Below the pieces are notes generated by a model. The model did no database searches. It had not been told where the DNA came from and was given only the letters and a program-made list of their open reading frames with translations. Shown here one piece after another: positions 51,572 through 64,000 of a stretch of 64,000 nucleotides of DNA. Location: positions 49,974,001-50,038,000 of the forward strand of contig NC_045697.1 of NCBI RefSeq assembly GCF_009834535.1, given 5' to 3'. The DNA is from Camelus ferus (Eukaryota). Each line of letters starts with the position of its first letter. The stretch's first letter is position 1. The position numbers and the translations under genes are program-made.

Positions 51572-52083
51572 CTTTTTTTTTTCTCATTTTTCAAAATGGA
51601 AGTATAGTCAGTTTACAATGTTGTGTCAATTTCTGGTGTACAGTATAATATTTCAGTCATACATATACCTACATATATTTCTTTCCATATTCTTTTTGAT
51701 TATAGGTTACTACAAGATATTAAATATAGTTCCCTGTGTTATACAGCGGAAACTTATTGTTTTTCTATTTTATATGTAGTATTTAGTATCTACAAATCTC
51801 AGACTCCCAATTTATCCCTTCCCACTCCCTTCCTCCTCAGTAACCATAAGTTTGTTCTCTATGTCTGTGAGTCTTTTTCTGTTTTGTAAATAAGTTCATT
51901 TGTGTTTTTTTTTAATGATTCCACATATAATTGATGCCATATCATATGGAAGTTTTCTTTCTCTGTCTGGCTTACTTCATTTATATGGTATGATAATCTC
52001 CAGGTCCATCTGTGTTGCTGCAAATTTCATTCTTTTTTATGGTTGAGTAATATTCCATCATATACCACAACTTCTTTATCCCA
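51572..52083 (-). mobile_element. 5'-truncated L1 with degraded 16-bp TSD
   Basis: TSD actctgattaatatac (51556-51571) and actctgactaatacac (52084-52099), 14/16 identical. Poly(T) tail and L1 3'UTR. Confidence 0.88.
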
Positions 52084-52392
52084 ACTCTGACTAATACACT
52101 TTTATAACTCCTACCTTTCCTGCTTCCAAAGAGGACTGAGGAGGTCGTTCATTTTCCATGGCTACCTCCTTAGTTATTTAAAGTACTTTACAGTCTAGTT
52201 CAGGTAATTCTGACTCCTAACAAAACAACAGTGCACGGAATTAGGGGACAACACTGATTATCTTCACTTGAACAAGGCATTAAAAGCCTCTTCTTTGCCT
52301 TATTTGTTGTTGCATTCCAAATTGCTCTGAGTGCAGGAGGGTGGGTCTTCTTTCAGCATGAAGATACTGTGACTACCCTAGAGAATGCCTGC

Positions 52393-52755
52393 TGTCCTAG
52401 TCAGCTCAGGCTGCCAGAACCAAACACCATAGACCGAGTGACTTTAACGACAGAAATTTACTTCTCACAGTTTGGAGGCTGGGAAGTCCCATCAAGGTGG
52501 GGGTGAATTCAGGTTCTGGTGAGATCTCTGTTCTGGCTTATAGGTGGCAACCCTCTACCTGTGTCCTTGCATGGCCTTTCATTGGTACATGCTTGTGGAG
52601 GTGGGAAAGGGGGAAGCTCTCTTAAATCTCTTCTTATAAGGATGCTAATTCCATCCATAAGGCCCCAACCTCATGACCTCATCTAACCCTAATTACTTCC
52701 TCAAAGTTCCATCTGCAAATGCCATCACATTGTAGGGGTGGGGGCTTCAATATTA
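52393..52755 (-). mobile_element. MLT1A/B-type MaLR LTR
   Basis: tagtcagctcaggctgcc...cagaaatttacttctcacag...tcttcttataagga...cctcatgacctcatctaaccctaattac. Confidence 0.85.
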
Positions 52756-55700
52756 AGAGTCACCGAGATAGTCTGAGGAAATATCACTATGCTTTCTCAC
52801 ATGTAGGACTTGTGTGCCACAGGAAAACCAAACTAAGTCAAACAGGGTTGTATCAGGATTGAGGATTTATCTCAGGATTTCAAAAAAATTTTTAGAGCTA
52901 GAAAGAGTCCAAGTGATACATGATTACAGCCCCTCATTTGACAAATAAGGGAACAGGCACAGGGAGGGGACACGATGTAATTTAATTGGCGCATCTAAGA
53001 GGGGAAGTTGGGCAGTTTTGCCTAGAAAGAATAGTGTAGGGACAGAGTCCCAGCTAGAACTCCCACCCTCTGACCCACACCGCATGGCTCCTGGCCTGGA
53101 AAAGGCTGGTAGCATGTACTTTAGCAACCACCATTACAGAGTAAGCAAGGAGGAGCCCACGTGAGACTGGGCCGCTGAAGAAGTTAGAATAACGTAGTGC
53201 CCATAAACCTTCCCAACCAAAGTAGAGGGGCTTTCCCCTGAAGAAAAGCCTTAGTTCTAATATTTCCTTGAGAAAATGGCAGCATAAGTAGAATGAAGAA
53301 ATTGAACCCATTAACCTCTAAATTACAGGTGAATGAGTCTTGTTCCAAAACTGAGTGACTCTGACAGATACAGTGTCACTGCCCTGGCAGTGATAGGCTC
53401 ACTGGCCTGAAATGGAGTGACCCAAGGGTGGAAATCTCTTCAACTTGGCCAAATAAGAGATCTGGGGATGCATACTATGATGGCTAACTTAATCTGCAAT
53501 TCCTCCTTGTAAGTTTACAAATGCAAGTCTTTCCTGAAGCTTGGTCAGGTTAAAGCTTTTACAATAAAAAATAGCTGACAGATTGTTGCTAAGAAGAAAA
53601 GCAGACTCTTGGTTGGATAGAAAATTATCTGTTTCCATGTATATTATTATTTGATATGTGAAAAAAACTGTGTCTGGCTTGAGCCTAGGTTTCTTGCCTT
53701 GCCAGGAGGAAAGGTTTGGGGACTGATGGCTGGGACAGGGAGGTGAGTTGAAAGGAGTGTTGAAAGGAGTGACAGGATATTGCAGGGTAGAGAGTCTGTG
53801 TTCTACACAGGTGCTCTTGCCTCCTGGCTGGACCGGGTGTCAGGAATACAGGTCTGCAGCACTGGCAATGAGTGCCATGAATTGTCACCCACCAAGGACT
53901 AGAAGGCTCCTTGTGATCCCAGCCCAGTCTGCCTCTTCAGCCTTCTCCCTCCCGGGTACTCAAACACACCAGGCTTTTGATTTAGTCTATTCCTTCTGCC
54001 TAAACAGCTCTCCCTCTTGTGTCTGCCTGAGTTACTCTTGTTCATCCTTCCAGGGTTAGCTTAAGGGCCTTTGCTGATTCTCCTGCTAAATCTAACCCCA
54101 TCTCCACCCTCCACATCCGCCCCAACCCCCGATGTACGCAGAGCACCTTGTGTCTTATCTTTACAGGACTGAAATTGGCACGTAACTGTAATTGCTTGTG
54201 GGAAGCTTTGTTTAATGTGTGCCTCCCCCTTTAGACTCTAATATCCACAGGAAGCAGGGACTGTACTGCATTTGCTGGCCATGTATTCTCATTGTCTGAG
54301 CCATCATAGGAATTCAAACACAAATATGTATATTTCTATATATGAATGAGTGAATGAGCTAAGCCCTTTACACATATCATCTCATTCAATCTTAACATCC
54401 TCTGTTACCTTGGCTTCATAGATGACAAAACAGAGGATCAGAAAAGTTAAGTAACTTCCCTAAGGTCACCTAGCTAGTACAAGGCACAGCTGAAGTTTGA
54501 ATCTGAAATTATCTGGCTCCCAGCTAACCTTATAACCATTCCGCTGTCTTGTAGCGGGAAATGCAAGGGTGTTTCTGAAGTCTGTGCTCCATGTTTGCTA
54601 GGCAACAAATCACTAGTTTTCCTCTATCCTCCTGAATACATTCTCTAATGTGGGCCACTAGAGAAGACTTTAAAAAAATTACGTGACCGTGTGAACTCCT
54701 TTCTCCCGCTTCAGTCCTGCTGCGGGCTGCCTAATGGTCTCAGGATAAATTCTGAGCTCCTTGGCATAACCCGTAACACCTTTTATGGTCTCCAACCCCA
54801 CCCCTGTTGACCCTGAGATCCAAGCAATCTGAATCAGTGTGTGCTCCTGAAATATCCCGTCTGCCTCCCTGCCCCTGTGTCTGCTATTCTTCCCACCCTG
54901 ACTCCCCTTTCCCCACCCAGTTCTGAGAACTCTGGAGTCTCACCTCCTGTATGAAGATTCTCCATCTCCTCTGTGCGGCCACCACACTTTATACAGACTT
55001 TGTTTGTAACACATGTTCTACTGAGCTCTCCATGGTTGTCTGGGAGCCCTAATGAGAGGGACTGCAGCTTGTTGTTTGCGTCTTAGTGCCTGGTGTGGAG
55101 AAAGTGATCCATCAACATTCATGGAGGAAAGACACGAATTTTCTACCCTTTGAAAAACAGCAATGTTCTCTGGCTCATATTCTGGACTGTGATTGCAGAA
55201 ATGCATCCTCCTTCTGCTTTGTCTGTGAGTTCTGTAAAAAGCACTAGCTAATAGGAAACTTCGGATGGGTCTCTAAAGAGACTTTTGCTATTTTTGGTTG
55301 CTTGTATCCACTTTGGAAACTTCAGGGATTGCCTCTCTGTGTGCAGGATATAGACCAGAGTTGCCAGTTCTTGCTATGCTGATTATCAGTCAGTTGGTCC
55401 AAATGTGGGTGGGCCTTACCATCCTTGCACTGAATGGACTAAACTTCAGCAAGTACTTGGACTAAAATGATATGTATATTTTAATATGAAAGCTAAATCT
55501 TTAGATTGAGGGAAGCCACTGTTTGGGACCCTCATACTTATAAAAATCCCCCATGTTCTCTTCGGTGGGGCTGCTAAGTGCCCCCAACACTCCAGCAGGT
55601 TCATCAAACATCTGCAAAACCATGACTAATCAGTCTGGTCCAGCCAGATGGCATTTGAGAGCGCTCATATATCTAGACAGACTGTGCACGCCTCCAGGCC

Positions 55701-57624
55701 ATCAAACTGTGTTTAAGAAGACACTTGTTGGAAGTCAAAGAGCCATCTTCTCCTGAGGGTTTTGCTGCTGGAAATGGGGTACCATTCTCATCCAGGGGAA
55801 AAAAAAGACCTTCGGTTTTCTGTCCCCCAAATCAGAACCCACAGACCTAGTGTCTGACTCAATTTCTCTATCCGTGAAATCCAGACCAATGGTCTCACCA
55901 GGCTCCCTGTGGGGGCTGTGAATGCCAGCGAGAGAAGAACACTTGTGAAGAATTTTGGTACTTCTTGGGGGAAAAAGACACCGTTTTTTGTTTTTTATTT
56001 CAACCAAGAGCAGCATCTGTCTTTCAGTCAAATGCTCCTCCAAACTCGTTATCTTTAAGTTGGGGGCAGGCCTTGGTGGTCGGCCTCAGGAGGAGGCTGT
56101 TCTGAGCAAGGACGCCAGTAGGTACCTGAGATTCTGAAGGGGCCACTTGGGGGCTTGCAGGGCCGGGCAGTGGAGGCAATGAGAGACGATGGAGGCAGGG
56201 AGGGTGCCTTCTCTTTGGTCGCTTTGTGGCTGGAGGTGCACCTGGGCGTGGGTCGTGGGGAGCGGGGTGGGAGAAGACGATGACTAGTATCTCCCACAGG
56301 GGGTCTTCTGGACAACTGTGTCAGGTCCTCTGCACTTCCCTTCTGTGGGCCCAGACCCAACACTGCTGGGGCCCAGGCCAAGGGGACATGCCAAGGCCCA
56401 CCCACAGAGCGTGTAAGTACGCAGCTGCTCCAGATGCCTGTGCTCCATCCAGGGCCCGCAGCCTTCTTCCGGGAGCCTCTGCTCATTGGAGACTAAGGGG
56501 GCCAGGGATCTGCCAGGGCAGCGCAGGCCAGGCCAAGCCTGGGCCCACCCAGTCCCGGGATGGAGCCTGCCCTGGACACGTTGCCCAGGCTTTCCTCAGG
56601 AGCAAGCCCCCTTCCCCAGGCCTCAGAGGGGAGGGAGGGAGCGCAGGTAGCACCTTGGGTGATTTGCAGTGGCTGACATTAAACCAAGGCAGCCCCCTTT
56701 CCTGTGACCCAGAGCTGAGGCTGTGATCCTCCCCGACACATGCTCTGGCCTGGGGGCCCAATTCAGCTCAGTTTGCCCAACTGCTGACTGAAATTTCAAA
56801 AAAATTTCTCATGCGATTGAAAAGAAAAAAACCCTCTGTGTTTGGGTGTTGTAAAATGCAGTGATCTCTTGCCTGGTCAAAGGTCACACCCCCTTCCTTC
56901 CACCCTACCTCCTACAGGCCCAAAAAACAAGTCATTTCTCATACCCTACAGCCCTGGAAAGTACCAGAACTTAAGAAAACCCATGATGTTGGCCTGCTTC
57001 GACTGAACCGTTTCTCTCAGAGGATCTTTTTGAGGCTTAGAATTGCCCAAAAGGCTGGGGCAGCCCTGGTGTGGTGAGAAGCCACTGCCTTCTCAGCCTA
57101 AATGCTGTTGTCCACTATGTCCCGCACTTTGTCTCCAGCTCAGAGCATGCACCATCCGTGACTCCTTGTTCCACAGAGCTGGAGCTCTGTACGTGGTTGG
57201 CTCCATGGAAATCTGCCTTCGGAAGGACAGTTCTCAGAGGCATCCCAGGCTGATGCGTCCCGGCGTTCTGACTGGTGACTCCGTAGCCAATTCGATTACT
57301 CACAGGATAATGCCCATGAAATGAATTCAGATGTTGTATTCCTGTTGGCCTCCCCTCCAAAGTCCACCACTGGTCACCCAGTGGGTCAGGAAAGAGGGCA
57401 GCGATGACTCCAGTGCAAATGCTCCTCCAAGACTGGGAAGATGACTCAGGGGAAGTTTGCTCTGGGAGTGGGAAGTGGGAGGGGGCGGTGGGGGCCTTCT
57501 GAGAGAAGACGAATGACCCATGACATCGGTGGGCCTCCTTCCTCCTCCTGCCAACATTTTCTTCTAAGGGTTTTCTGCAAAGATGCCACTCAGCATGAGT
57601 ATATATGCTTCCAAGTTTCTTTTT

Positions 57625-58095
57625 TAAATTTTTATGTACTTTAAAAATAGAAATATAACTGACACACAGGAAAAGGCACATACCTTTAGTGCACAAATCA
57701 ATGAATTTTTCCATGCGATTAAACCTGCATAACCACCACTTAGATCAAGATATAGAACCTTTCGAGCACCCCAGAAAGTTCCTTCATGCCTCCTCACAGA
57801 CATTGTCTTCCAAAGGTAACTCTTATTCTGACTTTCATCACTACAGTTTAGTTTGGCCTGTTTTTGAACTTCACATAAATGGAGTCCGGCGGTGTCCGGC
57901 GGTGTGCACTCTTTCACATCTGGATTCTCTCACTCACTGTGAGACTCTCCTCGTTATTGTGTGTTAACACCTCATCATTTTTCACTGCTGGATAGTATTC
58001 AATTGTTTGAAGATACTACAATTTATTAACCCATTTTACCTATGGTGCACATGGGGGCTATTTCCAGTTTAGGTTTATTATAAATGAAGCTATTT
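57625..58095 (-). mobile_element. Old L1MD/ME-type 3' fragment
   Basis: aaatataactgacacacag...aaccaccacttagatcaagatatagaac...ttttgaacttcacataaatgga. Confidence 0.78.
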
Positions 58096-58519
58096 GCTTC
58101 ATAGCTTCTTAGTTAACACTTGTCTAATGCTCATTGTAAGCCAAATTCTGGGTACTTGACAAGTACTGTCACTTAATCTTAACCTCACAATAAATGAAGG
58201 GTAAGTGTTATTGTTCTCCCCATTTTACAAGTGAGAAAAGTAAGGCAGAAAGAGGTTAAATAACTTCCCAGGATACATAGCTAAAAGTAGTACAACTCAG
58301 ATTTAAACTCTAGAAGGCAGTTTATCTCAACAACCTGTCTTCTTAACCATCTTGCTAAGTAGTTGCCTGTTAAAGTTAAAGGTATTAGCCAAACCACTTA
58401 CTTGCTGTATGACCTTGGGCAAGTCTCTTAATTACTTAATTATAAACTTGTGATAATAAGTCCTTCCATTCATAGAGTTATTGTGAGGGTTAAACAAGTA
58501 AGGCAGATAAGGCAAACGT

Positions 58520-59000
58520 TGTTGCTTGATTAGCCCAATAGCCATTCCCAATCCCCTCTTGCCAGCCTCCCTACGGAGGCTATAAGAGCTAAATGCTCCC
58601 TTCCTAGCCTTCTTTGCTGCTAGAGGTATCAAAGCACCCCAGTTCTACAAAATGAGATTGATAGGATATAGGCTAAGGGGCTTCTGGAAAAATTTTGCTT
58701 CCTTATGAAAAGAATATGTAAGAAAGAAAAATTCTCTTGGTGTGTGCTCTTCCTCCCTCTTTCCTCCCTTTAATGCAGATGTGATGTCTGGCACATTGGC
58801 AGCCATCTTGTGAAGCCAAGGATGAAAGTCAGCCCACTAGAGATGATGGAAGAGAAAGAGAAAAAGAGCCTTTCTCCTTGATGATACTGCTGATCTTGCC
58901 AAGCCAGGACTAGGATGCCTAACTGCAGACTTCCTATTAAATAAACAACAAATGACTGGGGATTAAGTTACTCTTGGTTAGGGTTTCCATCACTTGCAAT
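58520..59000 (+). mobile_element. MLT1J-like MaLR LTR nested in a MIR
   Basis: ttcctagccttctttgctgctagaggt...gatgtgatgtctgg...gcagccatcttg...ccttgatga. MIR halves lie at ~58385-58515 and ~59000-59077. Confidence 0.65.
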
Positions 59001-59823
59001 ATAGATGACAAACTATGTAAAATGCTTATCACGATGCCTGGCATAAAGTAAGAGTTCAATACATATTAGATTATTAGGTGGACTCTGTCTAATTGGAACC
59101 TGGGACCAAATGCCTTCACCTCCTTTAATCTGCTAATGATTTTCAAAAGGCACTTTTTAGGCACCATCAGAGGGAGGCTATTATGCCTCCTGGCATCATC
59201 TGTGAGCCTCAGGGATAGAGCACTCCCCGCATCCTCCAACAAAGCAATAGGCAGCTGGACCTGTCAGCGTTCCCGGAGGTATTCTCTAGGCTGATGCCTA
59301 TGAAAGCTGAGCTGCCTCACATACCCACAGAATGCATCAGAAAGGAAAAATACCACAGCTAAATGTGATTTGTATTTTTCCACTTTATTAAAAAAGAAGT
59401 TCAGAAACTTCTAGGGTGGTTTTCACCATGAGTCTTGACAAGAACATGCATGAGGCTGGGTGGCTGCAGTTGGTGAGGCTGAGGGACCAGAGAAAATAGC
59501 ACTCAGCAGCAGCCGGGGAGCCACGCCTTGTTATCCTTAGCCCGGCTGGCCTGCCTCTGTGTGATGAGGCATGAGCAAGACACACTCCCTGGAACGCAGT
59601 CCTATTATTGTTTTTAAATTTTAAGCATCACTTAGCAATTTACTTTAAATTTTTTTTGATTAGATTTTTGTTTGTCTAGGTCCAATACAACAGGTAAGTA
59701 TTGAGTGCCTGCTCTGATCAAGGCACCCAGGTATCTAAGTGACACGGAGGAAGGCAAGTGGAAGAGATAGTAATTTGGTATTTCACATAGCCTTTCCCTT
59801 GACAGCTGCAACTGGGCTTATCT

Positions 59824-59903
59824 TCCCCTCCTAATACCAGCACATTGGGCAACAAGATTTTAGCATATGAACTTGGGGGGACACAAATATTCAGACCACG
59901 GCA
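59824..59903 (-). mobile_element. MLT1A 5'-end fragment (inverted)
   Basis: Minus strand reads tgccgtggtctgaatatttgtgtccccccaagttcatatgctaaaatc...tggtattaggaggg. Confidence 0.8.
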
Positions 59904-60038
59904 CTGGCCTTTCAGCATACTTGACAAAACAGATAATCTGTGTGAAGAAAAAAGTGGTAGAGGAGGAAACATGACAATGCCAACATCAGAAGTCTTTATT
60001 TGGAAAGGTCAGATGCAAAAGGCCCTAAGCATCAATAT

Positions 60039-60370
60039 TTCATACGTTGAAATCCTAATGCCCAATGTGCTGGTGTTCGGAGGTGAGGCCTCCGAGAGGT
60101 GCTTAGGTCATGAGAGTGGAGCCCTTAGGAATGGGATTAGTGCCTTTATGAAAGAGACCCCACAGAACTCCCTATACTCTTCCATCATGTAAGGACACAG
60201 AGAGAAGATGTTGGCCTTGAACCAGGAAGAGGGCCTTCACTAGAAGGTGACCATGCTGGTGTCTTGGTCTTGGACTTCCAGCTTCCAGGACTGTGAAAAA
60301 TAAATTTCTGTTGTTTACAAGCTGCCCGGTTTGTGGAATTTTGTTACAGCAGCCCCGACGGACTAAGACA
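60039..60370 (+). mobile_element. MLT1A-type LTR lacking its first ~30 bp
   Basis: ttcatacgttgaaatcctaa...aatgggattagtgccttt...tcttggacttccag...gactaagaca. Confidence 0.88.
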
Positions 60371-62264
60371 GAAGGGGACGAGCAAGTAGGTGAAAGGGAT
60401 TAGCTGGCTATTAAGTAACACACAAAGGTAAGGTATTCATTAATTACCATTTCTGCCCTTTAGTCCTCTTTCTGCTTGTTAAGCTATTTCCTAAACAACA
60501 AAACTCAACTAAAACTGTAAGTTTAAAAACTTACAGTGTCAGGACAAAGTTCCTAAAATCTGAGGATCTCTGTCCTCTACAAACATGAAAATGAGAAAGA
60601 ACTTGTTACTCATTGGAGTCAAGTTCTAGGCTGGAAATGGTGAGGCAGAGTTGGGAGCCCCGAAGTCTATCGGGTTTTGTGGGTGTCAGTGCCATTGTTC
60701 TTTGGATGAGCTGCTTCTCCTCTTTGAGACCCAGTTTCCCTGACTATGAATCCTCTTCTCCGTAAGGGACCATCACTACTGCGCTTGGCCTCTCTGCTGA
60801 GACAGGTCGTTTTCAGAACTTGGACTGGGTGGAAGATGCAAGTTGAGGATGGAACCACACACAGCAAGACCCATTGCATCACTGGGACTCCAGGAAAGGA
60901 CCTTGTGTTTCACTGTCTCCTGGAATGTGGTCCATGTCCTGACATGTCATCAAAGATAGGTGGCCCATCTTCGGGGAGTGGGAACCAGGTGCCCATTCAT
61001 TCCCAAATAAAGAGAAGGGGCCAAGAGAACAGGAATCAATCATTAATTAGGAAGTTCTAGGTATACATGTGAGCTGGTAGCTCACACAAAGGTACAAAGA
61101 ACACAAGCTGAAGTGGGTACAAAGCTTGTTTCCAGTTTATGTGTGATTACAGTAACTTATTAACTTTGTAGGAGTGAATCTTCTCTGCAGAAATATTCCT
61201 CATAATGAATTGAATCAGTTGAAATCAATATGAGAAACCATGCTTTATGTAAGAGATGTTGTGGGTAATGAATTTTAATCAAATATGTTAAGTGATGAGG
61301 GGAACTGGCTGTTGGAAAGAATTCCATAGTGACTCCTCATTTAATGGGATTAATTACCACCTAATTTGTCACCTGTGTAAAGAAGCATTCTGATTTTAAT
61401 TTGCCTAAAAATCCAGACTCTCTTATGCTCTTGTTCCCTAACACATTCACAACTCCAGAGGGAAATGGCTCGCTCTCCTTATTCACCAAATTTGCATCTC
61501 AGCTTAAAATAACATAAATCAGTACTTGGATACACACATCCACATAAACATCATCTTCAGGGTTTCATTTGTTAACCAACCTCCAACTGCTGCTACCCTC
61601 AGTATCTCTTAATGCTGGCAGCACAGTCTCCCCTGCTAGGAAACGCACCAGCAACACCAACTGGGGAGGCGCCCCCCGGCACTGTTATTGGAGCACAGCA
61701 TCTTCTGATGAATCTTCGGGACCCATTAAAATGCTACTCTGCAGCCACCGCTGACAGATGCTATTAGACACATCAATCTGGAAGGACAGACTCTGGCAAC
61801 ATGAGCTAACTTGGGTGAACCGTGGAAGCTGTATAAAAATTGGCTCAACTTGAAGAATAATTTTGCTTTTGGTGGTCTACTTATTCAGAATAAATTTGTA
61901 AGTGTTGCTGCTGGGAAAAGAATTATTCACAATGTAACACTGCCCATTCTATACGTCGTAAACCACTCCTTTAATATATTCTTAGGTTCCCCCTGGCACT
62001 GTTAGGGTCAGACAGGGATCCTCTACATGCACACATGCTTAATTTGAGGCAGCTCTACCTCACGGCTTTATTTCAAAAGTAATTCCCAGGTCTAAATATC
62101 CAGCCTGGCGTTCTCTCTCGTGTTCCAGGCCCCTAGCTTAGATCCCTTTTTGGCTTTATATTCAAAATCAGTAAGTCTATTAACTGGTTTTTCTTTCCCC
62201 ATCAAACTAGCTCCTCTGGGCTTGTTTCTGCCATCACCCTTACCCTTATCCAAGTTCTTTTTAT

Positions 62265-62830
62265 TTACTTTTTAAAATAAATGTTGCATATATTTAGGAT
62301 GTACAACATGATGATTTGATATAAATATGTACAATGAAATAATTACAACAGTCAAGTTAACTAACACAGCATCTCCTTGTGTGGCTACCATATTTTGTAT
62401 GTGATGCGAACACTTGAAATCTACTCTTCTAGCAGATTTCCAGGGTCCTATACAGTATATTTACTAGAGTCATCATGCTGTACATGAGACCTCTAGACTT
62501 TTTCATCCTATGGAACTGTACCCTACAGACCTTTGTACCCATTGATCAGTATCTCATTTCCCCCACCGCTCCATCCCTGGGAACTACCGTTCTACTCTCT
62601 GCTTCCCTGTACTCGATTTTTTGTAGATTCCACATAGAAGTGAGATCATGTCATTTTTTCCTTTCTATGCCTGGCTTGTTTCACTTAGCATAATGTCCTC
62701 CAGGTTCACCCATGTTGTTGCAGAGATCTTCTTTTTTCAAGACTGAATAATATTCTATTGTGTGTGTGTGCACATCTCATAATTTCTTTGAGATATATAT
62801 ATCTCACAATTTCTTTATCCATTCATCCAA
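62265..62830 (-). mobile_element. L1MA8/9-like 3' fragment
   Basis: tgtacaacatgatgatttgata...acagtcaagttaactaaca...ttgaaatctactctt...tagattccacatagaagtgagatcatg. Confidence 0.82.
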
Positions 62831-62953
62831 AGTCACACAGCTCACAAGAGGGGGAATCTTATTCCTCTAGATACCAAGGCTAATAAGGGAAGCACTTTGT
62901 TTGCATTGTGGTGAAATATTAAGCTACATATGAACACACACATACCAAGACAA

Positions 62954-62955
<2 letters not shown>

Positions 62956-62989
<34 letters not shown>
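62956..62989. repeat. (AC)17 microsatellite
   Basis: Perfect dinucleotide run. Confidence 0.98.
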
Positions 62990-62993
<4 letters not shown>

Positions 62994-63869
62994 CTAAATG
63001 ATTCAACAGTAAGGAAGACTTGTTTCTGCCCCACCAAACATACAAATTCCTCCTGTATCTAGTTAGAAGGAAATGAGTGGGTCATTCCCTAGTCCCTAGG
63101 ACAGATGCCCATGTGTCCTGTCAGCCAGACTACAGGGACACGTCTCTCTAGCTCAGAGGCTGCTTTTAGCAGACAGATTTGCATCTCACCCTAAAAGCAC
63201 TTATCAACTGTTAGGTCTCTGCATGCTGGAGCAGAAGCACTCTGGCTTCATAAAGCTATGGGGCTGTAATTGCATTCACAAGTCTTCATCCAGAAAATCT
63301 ACTTTTTACTAAATCCTTATCAAATAATGATATATAGAAAAGCCAAAATTATTCTTCACGTGATCATGAATAGCATTTCTATTGGCTGTGTAATTGAATC
63401 AAGACCACTTCAGGTTTGGCTCCTCTCTCTGAAATCCACCCTTTCATTCACAACCTAAGCAAGTAACAGCAGCATAAAAAAAGTACAAGCAAACTTTCTA
63501 AGCCACACAGAGAAAAGGAATTCTCCTTTCTATGTACAGCTGTACACATGACCTAGGGAGGAATATGCCAGGTATTAATTTTGATTTCTGTTTCACCATA
63601 ATAAATCCAAAATCAGTCTAGGTAAACACTGCTGAGCAAAGGGAGGAAAGCAAAGTCTTCTTTGAAAATGTGATAAAATTTCTAAAAAGTGGAAAAACTA
63701 TCAAGTTGGAATCTTCAGCCTCATAAATGAGCCCTGATTTTCTCATTTCCACTGCACACAGGTCATTTCTTCTTGGATGACAAATTATCACCAAATCACA
63801 GGTACCAGCCTAAACTGAGCAATTCCAAAATAATTCTCCTGATGCTGCCAATGGCACCAGTTAGGTTTA

Positions 63870-64000
63870 ATGTATGAAAGGAAATTTGACATAGGTATAG
63901 TAGAAACAGAGAACAGAGTAGTGGTTACCAGAGAGGGAGGGGTCGGGGGGTTCCTGGGTGACATGGGTAAAGAGAAAGAGGATCAATTGTGTATTAACAG
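63870..64000 (+). mobile_element. L1 3'UTR fragment running off the window end
   Basis: tagaaacagagaacagagtagtggttaccagag is typical of an L1M 3'UTR. Confidence 0.65.

Noticed and set aside
56055..56761. GC-rich segment with long ORFs as possible PARM1 exon 1
   Set aside because: No ATG-signal peptide followed by a phase-1 donor was found, and CpG density is low.
57115..57714. 199-aa minus-strand ORF
   Set aside because: It begins in a decayed L1 3'UTR and has no recognisable domain or supporting splice structure.
53747..57905. Short tandem duplications (gttgaaaggagt x2 at 53747 and gtccggcggt x2 at 57884)
   Set aside because: Ordinary slippage duplications with no sign of function.
61664..61685. 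CTCF-like motif (GGGGGGCGCC on minus)
   Set aside because: It mismatches the 5' CC/CAG core positions and is too weak to call.

Overview
Mammalian genomic DNA, not prokaryotic. The 3' ends of the young L1s look camelid-like, which is an inference from recalled repeat sequences. The window holds most of one gene on the minus strand, PARM1 (prostate androgen-regulated mucin-like protein 1). Exon 2 (47763-47062) encodes the Ser/Thr/Pro mucin ectodomain, exon 3 (24830-24752) the transmembrane helix, and exon 4 (coding 13259-13175) the cytoplasmic tail. A ~3.8 kb 3'UTR probably ends near 9345. Exon 1 (ATG and signal peptide) was not found and presumably lies beyond the right edge. The rest is intron or downstream intergenic sequence with L1, L2, MIR, MaLR/ERV LTR and hAT fragments, microsatellites and one 100-N assembly gap. 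Almost all other ORF-track entries are spurious. I found no convincing new biological system. The best leads are regulatory or structural: a CCAAT/TALE-motif tandem array upstream of exon 2, a young sense L1 with a poly(A) signal before the last exon, an open read-through frame after exon 2, a CpG-rich MIR-derived intronic island, an L2-borne ARE-like palindrome, and a split/inverted MLT1 LTR. Repeat family names come from recalled consensus sequences and their boundaries are approximate.
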